From positions 7,682 through 71,681 of IMG/VR virus record IMGVR_UViG_3300010413_000019: a stretch of 64,000 bases of DNA; one strand, 5' to 3'. The notes beneath the pieces are model-generated. The model was given only the letters and a program-made list of their open reading frames with translations. It was not told the DNA's origin and did no database searches. Below, piece after piece: positions 18,130-28,197 of the stretch. Numbering within the stretch: position 1 is the first letter of the stretch; each line of letters begins with the position of its first letter. Made by a program: the position numbers and the translations under genes. The DNA is from a virus.

Positions 18130-20937
18130 TAGTGTTCAGGACACACACCACTGTATCTCGGTTCATATCTGCGAAACCTATAATAGTTTCCTCAATAGAG
18201 GAACCCTCTTCCGGGAATACTCCCCCATCGTCAAACACATAGGTGTTGTAGGAGATCTCTCCGTCTTGATTGATATAGCCGACAGCGATCTTATCACCGT
18301 CTTCTACGATGATGCATCTGTCCGGGAGTGTGTATTCATCAGGCATCGATTCCCTCCAACTCATCAGGAATTTGGACAATACCCTGAGCAATCAGGATTT
18401 CCATACCAAGTTCGATATCTTGTTGTGTTGGTTCGAAACCTTCGATAAGTTTGAGGCCGTCTTCTTGGATCTCCATTACACGGTCTGTAACAATGCCCTT
18501 GTCAGCGAGCTCATTTAGTGTTTTGATGCAGTGGACGACACACTTAGCGGCGTGTAGTTCTTCCGGTGTCATCTCTTCAAGTGATTTAATTTCCATTTTT
18601 TGGTCCCTTTTGTTTGAAAGTTTTTATAGCAAGTAATGCAAGTATTGTAAGTATGGCCGCGATTGTGAATGAACAAGCAAATAGATCTCCGCTGCATACT
18701 TCAAAATCGGGTGTGTCTACAGGTGAGTAGAGTTGCATCACTCAGTCCCTGTTCTTGGATCGGTTTTTGAGGCATGTGTCCATTTAGATGTGAAGCTTTT
18801 ATTGTGGGAAGTAAAAGAGGTACACCCGGAATCCCATGCCATAGGATACCCGTCATGAATACCCGCAAAATGCCTTTTCAGAGCAGCCTTAGGGTTAGAC
18901 TCCCAGACCCAGATAGGGTCATCGATCTTCCAGTCATCATACGGCTTTACTTCGACGAGGTCATAATCACTGGCCCCGCGAGATTCGTAGAAACGCCCGT
19001 CTTTTTGATGTACGAATAAAGCACCGTCACTGCGCATTGAAACAACTGACATAGTTGAATTCCTATCAACACATAGAACTCTTACAGGCTCACCGTTGCG
19101 GTAACGGTACTCCTTATCCATTGAGATTGATTCAGACATGTTAATCCTTTTCTATCCCCCAGGCTTCCGCCAGGGACATCTGTATATTTGGTTGATTGAT
19201 TGATTTGAGGTACTCGTAGGCTCCGGCGCACATCTTTAGTGCTTGGTTCGAGCCAGAGGTATTCATGTCAGTATCGAGGTCATACACTGTTTTATGGCAG
19301 TTGAATGAGTTCATCGAATCTGATCGGAGCATCTCTTTGAGCTGGTCTACTCTCCCTTCCTTGAGATGCATGGCTTTACCATTATCTCTGAAGGGGCAGT
19401 TACTGCACATTTTTAGTACGCGGTATTCATTTGATTCTACGAGTTCCATGTATCCACCTATTGTTTATCTTTATAGCTGTCTTCTTCGGTGACTGCAGAC
19501 CATACCGCGGCAGCAAGAAAGAGTGCTGCAATTAGATATATCCAGTCCATGTTAACACCCGGATGGGTGCTTGAGGGCAAAAATCTTTGCCGCTCTGCGG
19601 GCAATACGCGCCCAGCGGGTATCATAGTTGATCTTCATGTTCTTCCTTTCTGCCAGGGTGGTGGTGGCAGCATGTCTTTGATATGCTCGAGTTCTTCATC
19701 GAAGTCTCGGCCACATAGATGGCATAGTCGTTGTAGTTTTTCTAGGGCTTCAAAGATCCCTGTAGCTCCTTCGAGCTCACCCTCGTAAAATGAGGAGTTG
19801 GCATCGCACATCTGGCGATCGTACTTTCTGTCATCAAGTGTGTCCATCTTGAGATCTCCTCTTTTTAATGTCGATCAGTTCAGCAGTAAAGCCATTTACG
19901 ATCTGCTTCATTGATTCTCTGGCGAACTCTAAGGCACGCTCTGCAGACTCTACGCTGCCGTCAGCTGCTATGTTCTTCATGTCCTCTATGACTTTTTCAG
20001 ACATAGCTTCGAAATCTATTTTGACTTTGTCCACTTCATCCATGCCGTCTCCTTTAGAGTTTTTCATAGAGCGCATTTGCTCTGTATGCTAAAGAGGTCT
20101 TCCCCCAAATAATGGTCTCGCACCATTCAATGCACCCTATGAAAAGCTCGGAGGTAGCCGAAGCTACCATGATTACATCGGTTTTGAGATGACCGGGATA
20201 TCTGTTTTAAGCTCAGCTGTGCACTTGAAGAGGCGCATTGTCTTGCCGAGATGTACCGGCTGTTTCATAGCCTCGTGTGCTTGTTTTTCAGATTTGAATT
20301 CGAGGGTGTCGAAGAAAGAACCATCCGCGTTGAATACGAGTCCACGGTAATTTTTAGTTACCTCAAGATCTGTTTTTTCACGCTGTGGCTTTGATGATGT
20401 TACGACTTTACCGTCGATACGGATCTCTACTGATGATTTTGTTAGTGACATTGGTGTTTCCTGTTTTGGGATTTCGATTTCTTGGCACAGGTTGGTCTGT
20501 ACTACGGTTGGCTCTTCGCAGAGCGATTCTGGTGGTGTTGGTTCAGGTTTAAGGCGCAATCGTACCCCTGAGGTGAATCCGCGGACATCCGTTTCTGGGT
20601 GTACGAATTCCCATTCCGGGTTGCCTGCCTCAAGTCCGTAGTCCATAGTCCATTCAAATTCCGCACCGGCATTTTCATGGAGTTTGTAGACGTAAGCCTC
20701 AATAGGGGTGAAGATTCTTGATTTAGCTGTTGGGGCACCTTTTGGCTGGTGAATACGGAAGATTATTTTGTTAGAGATTTTTGAAATGTCGATATCATCC
20801 GGAACTTTGTCCCAGTTGGCTGTATTTTCATTTTTGTCATACAGCAATTTGACACACCAGTCAAACTCTACGTTACCGTCACCCGATACAAGAAGCTCAT
20901 AGGCCTCTTTAGGGGTATAGATTTTAAAATCAGCCAT
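18098..20937 (-). CDS. cluster of small hypothetical genes (18098-18391, 18339-18596, 18738-19139, 19141-19449 Cys-rich, 19635-19847, 19834-20076, 20173-20937)
   Basis: Co-oriented ORFs; 19141-19449 has CSNCPF, FNCHKT and CAGA as probable metal ligands. Confidence 0.6.
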
Positions 20938-20939
20938 GA

Positions 20940-22004
20940 TTATGCCGCGTATTGAGCGTAGTCAGTATAGACTGTTTCCATCGGCTCACAGACCAGGATG
21001 TAATCACCGTTGTCATAGACAATACGTTGATCATCACTGAACTTGATCTGGCTCATACCGAAGCCTGTAATATCTTTGTACTCTGTACCTGCCTCATCTT
21101 TTTGGGCATAATTGATATAGAGGTTGCGGCGATGACTTGGTTTGTGGATCACATTTTCTGTGATATCCATGTGTTCACCGGTCTCTTTATCGATAAGGGC
21201 ACTGATCAGGATCTTCTCTTCAGACTCGCGGATGAAGCCGATGTTCAGGTCTTCAGCGAGTTCTTCGACATCTCCCCCATAGCGCATGTATTCATCTACG
21301 ATTGCTTTGAGGATATCAAAGCTGAAGGTGAGCATACCGGAGCTCATTTTGACGATGGCAGCAGTTGTATCCGCGTCAACACCGACACTTTCACAGTACT
21401 CACGTGTAGTCTCGCTGTCAAGCTTGTCATAACGGAAGTGATAGAAGATACGGCCTGGACGCTTGAGCATATAGTCGTTGATCATGTGCTCCTTGTTCTC
21501 TGTCAGGATCACCAGGCGTTTCTGCTTGCTGAGACCATCGAACATAGTCAGAAGACCGTTCTGCTGATCATCTTCATCGGTGATCTGGTAAGTTTTACCG
21601 AACTCATCGAAGATAAGTACACACTCACCGATAGAGTCGATGAAGCTTGTGAAATCATCACCATTGAATGATTCATTGATAGTGATTACGGGAAGCCCTT
21701 GGTCGATCATACGGTTAGCGATGACAGTGCTCAGCATTGTCTTACCCGAACCTTTGGTCCCAGTAAGAAGGATCCCTGTTGAGTTCTCACGAGATTCGTA
21801 TGTGCTGATCACTTTTTCAGCTCTACGGTTGATTGAACCATACAGCTCTTTTGGCGTTTCGAAACGGTCTTTGACCGCTGTAAGGTACATGCCAAACATG
21901 TTCACGCCGACTGTATATACCTTTGCCGGCAATCTGTCCAGTACTGTACTTTCATCAATATTACCGATCTTTACAGTGTTTCCACTTACAAAGAATTTTT
22001 TCAT
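20940..22004 (-). CDS. AAA+ ATPase
   Basis: GTKGSGKT, IFDEFGK, RPGRI. Confidence 0.88.
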   Translation of the reverse strand: MKKFFVSGNTVKIGNIDESTVLDRLPAKVYTVGVNMFGMYLTAVKDRFETPKELYGSINRRAEKVISTYESRENSTGILLTGTKGSGKTMLSTVIANRMIDQGLPVITINESFNGDDFTSFIDSIGECVLIFDEFGKTYQITDEDDQQNGLLTMFDGLSKQKRLVILTENKEHMINDYMLKRPGRIFYHFRYDKLDSETTREYCESVGVDADTTAAIVKMSSGMLTFSFDILKAIVDEYMRYGGDVEELAEDLNIGFIRESEEKILISALIDKETGEHMDITENVIHKPSHRRNLYINYAQKDEAGTEYKDITGFGMSQIKFSDDQRIVYDNGDYILVCEPMETVYTDYAQYAA

Positions 22005-22041
22005 AGATACCCTCTTTTAATTTTGGTTTGGTTTGACAGCT

Positions 22042-22233
22042 TTACGCTGCCAGTGCTCTTTTAGCTGCACGTTTACGTGCTCCGCGGCCTACTTTGTTCT
22101 TTGGTTCTGAACGGACCCAAGTACCTACCGATGCAATGATAGGTTTATCCAACGTACCAGCATTTTTAAAGTGTGGTTTGACTACCTTGTAGCCCATAGC
22201 CGCTGCGTATTTTTCATACTGTTTCAGATTCAT
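22042..22233 (-). CDS. small basic hypothetical protein
   Basis: Likely start MNLKQYEK after AAGGG RBS. Confidence 0.5.
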   Translation of the reverse strand: MNLKQYEKYAAAMGYKVVKPHFKNAGTLDKPIIASVGTWVRSEPKNKVGRGARKRAAKRALAA

Positions 22234-22275
22234 GATTTCCCTTTTGTTGATGGTGGTCGTAGACCATATTTGTGG

Positions 22276-22351
22276 TGGCCAATGCGGGTGGACTCGAACC
22301 ACCAACCTTCGGATTTGGAATCCGGTGCTCTACCAGTTGAGCTACGCAAAG
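22276..22351 (-). tRNA. tRNA-Trp (CCA), atypical
   Basis: CTTTGCG-TA-GCTC-AACTGGTA-GAGC-A-CCGGA-TTCCAAA-TCCGA-AGGTT-GGTGG-TTCGAGT-CCACC-CGCATTG-G-CCA. Has a C27.A43 mismatch and two U.U pairs in the acceptor stem. Confidence 0.9.
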
Positions 22352-22401
22352 ATTTTGAAGGCCCCTATCTCTTCAGTGAGAACCACTTCAGGGCCTATGT
22401 T

Positions 22402-22496
22402 CACCATCCCGGACTCGAACCGGTGACGCCCTAACGGGATAAGTCATAACCCCGATGTTGACTTTTTTGAGCCGCTGTCCATACAGCTTATGGTGC
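22402..22496 (-). ncRNA. tRNA-like RNA or degenerate tRNA
   Basis: CACCAT/ATGGTG closing stem, D-like hairpin GCTG-TATGGA-CAGC, T arm CCGG-TTCGAGT-CCGG; no canonical anticodon arm. Confidence 0.45.
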
Positions 22497-22775
22497 ATAC
22501 TAAGACTTGGTTCCCAATTTCTACCGTGCCGCTTGGGGCGTCTCTTGTAGTTCCAAGTCTCATACGATTCGTATTGTTGTCTGTACCATGCCCGGTACAG
22601 TGGGTTTGGAGTATTAATGAATTTTACATTTCGAGGCTGATCCACCCCTACTGGCCGAGCTTAATCGGAGTCCTAGTTAACCACTCAAAGTTAGGACTGC
22701 ATACTTACCTCCAATGAGATAACTATGCAATATAAGATTGATTGTGTATTTTCCAGAGCAGAGAGGGGATCCTCT

Positions 22776-24197
22776 CTACTTCTTGACTGATAGGTCAAGA
22801 TCAAGGTCTTTGGCAGCCTTGAGGCCCATCATAGTGAGCATAGTGTTGGCATAAGATGCACCTCCGCCGACTGAACCCTTGTCCCCACCGCCGATAACGG
22901 TAGCAGGTACATTGATTTTAGCCATAGCATCGGCACGGTATTTCTCAGCCTGGAGCCATGTATCAAGCTTTTGCTGCAGGGCGTTGTCCGCCTGCAGGAT
23001 CACACGTTTTTTGTGTGCCTGAGCATCAGCAAGGGCTTTGATTTTCTTGGCTTCGATAAGAGAGCGCTCATAGCGTTCCTGCTCAGCTTTCTTCTCTAGT
23101 TTTGCAACTTCGAGGTTCTTCTGGGCTTCGATGGTTTGCTTTTTCTTTTCAGTCTCAGCGATCGTTGTCTCTTTGATCTGGTTCACAAGTTGCTTAGCTT
23201 CAGCCTCGGCTACGAGTTTTTGACCGTTTGCCTTGGCAGCTTCAGCTTCCAATAGGGATTTACGGCGATCGTTCTCTGCAAGTGCAGCAGCTGCTTCCGC
23301 ATCACGTTGTTTACCGATCAGGGTACGGACCTTTTCTTCTGGGTTCACGTATGTGACGCGGGCAGTAACGACTTTCAGGTTGTAGTTCTCGATATCATCA
23401 AGACCTTGACGCACCGGTTGGCCGTTCTTATCCATAACAAGTTTGACAACTTCATTGATCTGATCAGATTGCTCTGTCTTGGATCCATCACGGTTAATGA
23501 TCTCACCATCGACTACCATCTTGTTGCCCTGGCGTGCACCAGTGCTGTTTTGAACTTCCTGTGTCACTTGAGTCTTATACAGACCGTTCATGAACTGGTC
23601 AGAGAAGTATTCATCGAAGTCTGAACCACGTTTAGTGATGTACTCTTGGATCGACATCAGACGAGCTGAGTTGATGGCTGCAGAGTAGAAAGTAGACTTG
23701 AGCAGGTTGTTGACAAGAGCTTCATCCGATCCGAACTCTTTATGGATCTTCAGCATCCCGTCACGACTTGTAGGCAGTTCCACACGGGCGATACCGTAGA
23801 AGTCTGCTTTCGCTGCATCAGAGAAGCGGATAGTCGGAGATGCGATATGATCAGCAGTTGATACCCGCTCTTCGTTACCGCCATCTTGTCCCGCACGTTC
23901 GCCAGTGAACATAGGAGTAGACACGGCTACGACTTTGTCATATTCATACACATTACCGAGAGCGCTTAACTTAATACCTGGGTCGGTGATAACAGATAAA
24001 TGCCCTGTAGGGTACTGCACAACGTAGTTCTTATCTGAATCGGCAATGAACACGATCGAAGTGATCATAAACAGTGCACCGATTGAGATACCGATTATTT
24101 TGAATGTCTTTTTGTATGCTTCACTGATAAAAGAAATCAGTGGGATAACAAATACCGCTAAAGCAATAACGATAAGACCAAAAATAAATGTTCCCAT
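22776..24197 (-). CDS. SPFH/band-7 (flotillin-like) membrane protein
   Basis: Two N-terminal TM helices, SPFH-like core, long Ala/Glu coiled coil; start MGTF at 24197 after AAGGA. Confidence 0.85.
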   Translation of the reverse strand: MGTFIFGLIVIALAVFVIPLISFISEAYKKTFKIIGISIGALFMITSIVFIADSDKNYVVQYPTGHLSVITDPGIKLSALGNVYEYDKVVAVSTPMFTGERAGQDGGNEERVSTADHIASPTIRFSDAAKADFYGIARVELPTSRDGMLKIHKEFGSDEALVNNLLKSTFYSAAINSARLMSIQEYITKRGSDFDEYFSDQFMNGLYKTQVTQEVQNSTGARQGNKMVVDGEIINRDGSKTEQSDQINEVVKLVMDKNGQPVRQGLDDIENYNLKVVTARVTYVNPEEKVRTLIGKQRDAEAAAALAENDRRKSLLEAEAAKANGQKLVAEAEAKQLVNQIKETTIAETEKKKQTIEAQKNLEVAKLEKKAEQERYERSLIEAKKIKALADAQAHKKRVILQADNALQQKLDTWLQAEKYRADAMAKINVPATVIGGGDKGSVGGGASYANTMLTMMGLKAAKDLDLDLSVKK

Positions 24198-24224
24198 TTT
24201 TTTCCTTGGGTGTTGGGTTTGTTT

Positions 24225-25065
24225 AACCCCGGAGTGATCAGCGTGGATCCTCACACACCGGGTTGATTCCGACCTGCGGTATTGACTTGCATCGAAACAG
24301 ATTGGTCATCTGCATTAGGTTCAAGTGGGTTTCCCCTCCCTGATACAAGCGGTGCATTAAACCGGCAGGAACCAGAAGAGTTCTCCCTCCTTTACCATTC
24401 AGAGGGCTAGATTCGTAGTTGTCTTTGCCCGTTGGCTACGTCCACAACTATCTCGATCTATCGGTTTTAAAAACGGGTGGATTAATAGTTACCACCATTA
24501 CCCATGTCTCGGACGCATGGTTGACCACAACTGCCTATCGAGTTGCCAGACTAAGGAGTTGGTAAGGCTCCAAGGAACACACCGCACCTGTGGCGGATAC
24601 ACCTTGCTATCGTACATAGCAAGTCCAGTTAAGCAGCTTCATACATGTACGACATTTGGCTGCTAGATGTGCTCACTGGAACCTTATGGCGCCCGCACAA
24701 GGGTTTGAACCTCGTGCCTATCGGTAGCGTGGTCGATAGGATTGTCGAGCCTCTTCGGAAGAGCTACGCTGCCCCTATTCCAAGGGATGCTCTCTACGAC
24801 AACAACGCAAACGTGGCAATACCGTTCCGATTCAGATTGATCAACATCTTTCACGTATTAAGCTACCACTGGGATTGTTGAGCCGTCCTACTATACTCTA
24901 CGGGCATATACATACTCCCGGTAACCGACCGGGCTTGGTTCATTTGATATCGTTCAATAGAGGTACCTTACCAATAACTAAAACGTCCTATCTATCCTCA
25001 AGGAAGGGTGTTGGTCCGAAGACCTCAAAGGCTGGTAAGACCTCTATGAACCTGGGTCACCAGTC
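24225..25065 (-). ncRNA. large, densely structured non-coding RNA region (~850 nt)
   Basis: No minus-strand ORF of 60 aa or more; more than 15 hairpins and long-range stems, including a C(UUCG)G loop and an embedded tRNA-like 3' end. Confidence 0.65.
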
Positions 25066-25080
25066 AGGCTCATAGCGACC

Positions 25081-25449
25081 TTACAGGCCACATATAAGTG
25101 ACAGAGATCCCCTTTCAGTGATCTTGATCTGCCACAGTGCTTTTGCGTACCCCATCATAAAGATGAGTTGTTTCTCCGACTTATGCACATACTTGGGGTT
25201 AACTGAGTAAACCCGTACAACATAGTCGTTCTCACGGAGAATAACGCGCTCTTGTTTGCTAAACCAGGCGCGCAGCTGTCTCTTGCTCTTGAATCCAAAG
25301 AAATAGCGGTAAGCATCGGCACTCTCCAAGATATCTTCGAAGTCTTCCCCGAAAGTTGGGTGTTCGGCGTCTGCATGATTGAAGAGCGCAACTTTATCGG
25401 CATAAGGACCATATCCATCTGTCCTATGTTCGACACGGTAGATCAGCAT
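25081..25449 (-). CDS. hypothetical protein
   Basis: 122 aa (YRVEH...GPY...HP...FGF...WF), typical small phage gene, with RBS. Confidence 0.7.
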   Translation of the reverse strand: MLIYRVEHRTDGYGPYADKVALFNHADAEHPTFGEDFEDILESADAYRYFFGFKSKRQLRAWFSKQERVILRENDYVVRVYSVNPKYVHKSEKQLIFMMGYAKALWQIKITERGSLSLICGL

Positions 25450-25596
25450 TCAAATCCTTTGTTTAGACTCTCTCGAGATGGCTACTATCTAGCATTCGCA
25501 AGAAGGCCCAAGCCAAAGGCTCGGGTGAGGAGAAAATTTGGAGAGTTCTGAGGAGAAATTGTGGTGAACAGGTTGTTTATTCCCTGTTGCATTTAA

Positions 25597-25612
25597 GGGC
25601 GCGGATGCGCCC
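25597..25612 (-). promoter_or_regulatory. hairpin promoter candidate (template-strand GGGCGC-GGAT-GCGCCC)
   Basis: One of seven C-GGAT-G hairpins; preceded by TGCATTTAA at the same spacing as the 25736 copy. Confidence 0.65.
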
Positions 25613-25735
25613 AGAGGTTATTTAACAGTCCGCTGGACTGCTACCGAAACCTGATTTCATAGGGCACCTCCTAGAAAAAAAATCGTGGACAAGCCTCACA
25701 CCCTCTTTTGGGTGCTATCTTGTCCTGCATTTAAA

Positions 25736-25749
25736 CCCACGGATGTGGG
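25736..25749 (-). promoter_or_regulatory. hairpin promoter candidate (CCCAC-GGAT-GTGGG)
   Basis: Same motif and spacing as the 25597 copy. Confidence 0.65.
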
Positions 25750-25751
25750 CG

Positions 25752-25964
25752 TTAGTCGCCGTGTAGGTGTGCATAATCATCATCATTCTGATAATCTTTG
25801 TTAAGTTCCATCTCTTGGATGCCGAACCACTCGTATTCCCAAGCTGTTCGGCCTTCATGATCGATGGAGGCTACTGCGGCCTCTCGGGTGTCGTAGACAC
25901 CTACGATGTAACCGCCCTGTTGGTCGTACTCATTGACAAATCGTAGTACCGCGAATAACTGCAT
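25752..25964 (-). CDS. hypothetical protein
   Basis: 70 aa, AAGGAG RBS; NEYDQ.G.Y..GV motif. Confidence 0.7.
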   Translation of the reverse strand: MQLFAVLRFVNEYDQQGGYIVGVYDTREAAVASIDHEGRTAWEYEWFGIQEMELNKDYQNDDDYAHLHGD

Positions 25965-25973
25965 TGGTTCTCC

Positions 25974-27002
25974 TTATGATAACATGTATTCACTCTTACG
26001 GATGTCCTCCGCAAGGTCATAACTGAACTTCTTCAACTGAACATCTGTACCGGTAATCTCGCTGATGATATCGCTGAGCAGGTTGCTCTCTGCAATTTCA
26101 GCCAAGATGTCACGGTAGAAGTCCATCACCTTTGGCATGTGGTTCGGATGGCATGTGAAGGCATCATGGATATGTGCTACTTCAAAGTCTGCACGTCTGA
26201 TAATCTCACGTGCGACATACCCGTCAATGCTGTGGATGATGTTGGGCGCCAAGGATGTTTTACGGTCACTTGGTTGGTTCGGGTAGAAGCGGTATGTGAA
26301 CTGCATGTGATTGAGTTCATCCACTTCAATACGTGCATCGACTTGGTCGACTACGTTTACCTTTGCCACGTGACCGTCTGGCAATGTCCACTGGTGGAAG
26401 TATGCGAACGGGTCCCAAGCATTGTTGATGACCTGCATGACAGCCTCTGCACCCGTGAACTTCTCCATGAGAATCTCGTAGAACATGTTAAGCTCCATCG
26501 TATCCTCACCAAGTAGCTCTTTAGGCTTGGCCTTAGAGTTATAGTAGTGAGTCATGATAGGCTTTTTGATGTAGCTACGGGTGAACATAGGGTTCTCGCC
26601 GGCTTTAGCGATAAGTGCGTCCGATACGGCTGTATAGGCGTCATTACGCTGGCCGTTGTTGATAAGGTTTACAGCTTCGGCTGTCTTCTTACACCCTGAG
26701 AGTGCGGCCATGATTTGTAGCCCACTTGCAGTGGCATCCATGAACATGTTGTGGTTGATAGGCTTACCGTCTACCGCATCGGCAAAGGCATAGCAGGCCT
26801 TGCGGAACATCAAAGGCTCTTCAGCCTGAGATGCCCACTCATCAAGATTGTTCAGGATATCTGTTTGGTTCTGGTTTACCCACTGGATGCGGGTTTCGAA
26901 CAACTCTTTGTCAAGGCCGTAGGTATTGGCCATATCGATTTTCAACATGTCGAAGCCTGTGAAGCGCTCCGCGAATGAGATAGGTTTTGGTATTGCTGAC
27001 AT
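25974..27002 (-). CDS. RNA polymerase II subunit 2 (N4 gp16-like, T7-type catalytic half)
   Basis: DATASGLQ (motif A), R..IKKPIMTHYY (motif B), PNIIHSIDG, IHDAF (motif C). Confidence 0.95.
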   Translation of the reverse strand: MSAIPKPISFAERFTGFDMLKIDMANTYGLDKELFETRIQWVNQNQTDILNNLDEWASQAEEPLMFRKACYAFADAVDGKPINHNMFMDATASGLQIMAALSGCKKTAEAVNLINNGQRNDAYTAVSDALIAKAGENPMFTRSYIKKPIMTHYYNSKAKPKELLGEDTMELNMFYEILMEKFTGAEAVMQVINNAWDPFAYFHQWTLPDGHVAKVNVVDQVDARIEVDELNHMQFTYRFYPNQPSDRKTSLAPNIIHSIDGYVAREIIRRADFEVAHIHDAFTCHPNHMPKVMDFYRDILAEIAESNLLSDIISEITGTDVQLKKFSYDLAEDIRKSEYMLS

Positions 27003-27164
27003 AGGTGGTGACCTCTTTCTTTTGTTGGTTCGGGTTAGCTAAAGATATAAGCAACTACGATGAGACTATAGATGTCGAACATAAATCCGAACAGCTTGGT
27101 CAAATCATCCATTGGATTACCATCAACATATTTGTTGATGAGAGACAATATGATGGTCATCATG

Positions 27165-28073
27165 CTATGCTACCCCTGTAAGTATCTCTGCTTTGGCAAA
27201 CTGTAGGATTGCCTTCTTGTACTCCGAGCCCTGAAGGTTGATATCATAGCCCTGTGAGTACTGGCGCCCGCGCTTGTCGAACTTCCACACGAAATAGAAC
27301 TGGTTCTCATTGTCCAGTTCATACTGGTATACACGGTCTGATTGAGCACACCGCGCATTGTGCTGTTCGATTTTACGCAGTTCGACAGGATCCGTGATGT
27401 CTCCAGTCTCCTTGGGAAGTTCCTTCTCCGCGAGCATACATGTATTGAGTTCCCAAGCAATGCTTTGGAGTTTGTTCAACACATCAAGACTCTGTTTCAT
27501 ACCGTGGTAGTTCTGCTCGCCGAGGATGGCTGAGCTGTCTTCGAGAAGTAGTCCCCCATGTCTGTTGTCTGTCCAAGGACGTGGTTCACACGTCATCGGT
27601 GGCAGGTACATAGCCATGTGGATTTTCTGAAGAGTCTCATCTTCGAGTTTGAAGAATGGTTTGATGACTGCCGTATCATGGTCGTGCTCCGGACTGAAGG
27701 CATGAAGTATCTCATACACTCCGGCATCCTTGCACACTGCAAGTATCTCTGCACCACACTTGACTGCATCAAGTTGCTCGAGACCGATACGGTGACCTAA
27801 CATCGTGGCTACCGCCTGGATAGGCGTGACACTGTCTAACGTACTGAGGACCGAATAGAACAGCTCAACAGCTATCTCTTCTGGTTCCATAGATATCTTG
27901 GCGATACGCTCATCCTTGGATTTGAAATACTCCTTACCAAGGTACTCACGCACTGCAACTACACATTGCTGATAGTTCGGGTTACCGTTAAGGTCTCCGA
28001 TGTCCTGTTTAATCCACACTGGGATATTCTTTTTACTGTAAGTCTCTTCGACTGTTAATTGAGTTTGATACAT
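27165..28073 (-). CDS. RNA polymerase II subunit 1 (N4 gp15-like)
   Basis: LPPM.CEP, FDKRGRQYSQGY.INLQG..YKKA. Confidence 0.93.
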   Translation of the reverse strand: MYQTQLTVEETYSKKNIPVWIKQDIGDLNGNPNYQQCVVAVREYLGKEYFKSKDERIAKISMEPEEIAVELFYSVLSTLDSVTPIQAVATMLGHRIGLEQLDAVKCGAEILAVCKDAGVYEILHAFSPEHDHDTAVIKPFFKLEDETLQKIHMAMYLPPMTCEPRPWTDNRHGGLLLEDSSAILGEQNYHGMKQSLDVLNKLQSIAWELNTCMLAEKELPKETGDITDPVELRKIEQHNARCAQSDRVYQYELDNENQFYFVWKFDKRGRQYSQGYDINLQGSEYKKAILQFAKAEILTGVA

Positions 28074-28096
28074 GAGGATGTCCTTTTCGAGGTTGT

Positions 28097-28172
28097 ATCA
28101 TAGTTCATTGGCATAGGGTAAGTTAATACATGCATAGACATACCGGAACTATTTGTCCGAATTTGTTACAAT
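28097..28172. promoter_or_regulatory. divergent sigma70-like promoters (RNAP II operon leftward, RHH gene rightward)
   Basis: TATGAT on the minus strand at 28097-28102; extended -10 TGtTACAAT on the plus strand at 28164-28172. Confidence 0.45.
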
Positions 28173-28197
28173 AGCACATCCAAAAAAAGGACATCCT

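Noticed and set aside
24687-24905. Canonical tmRNA
   Set aside because: Too short, lacks the GGGG 5' end, G3.U70 pair and A discriminator, and no clear tag reading frame ending in ALAA-like residues was seen.
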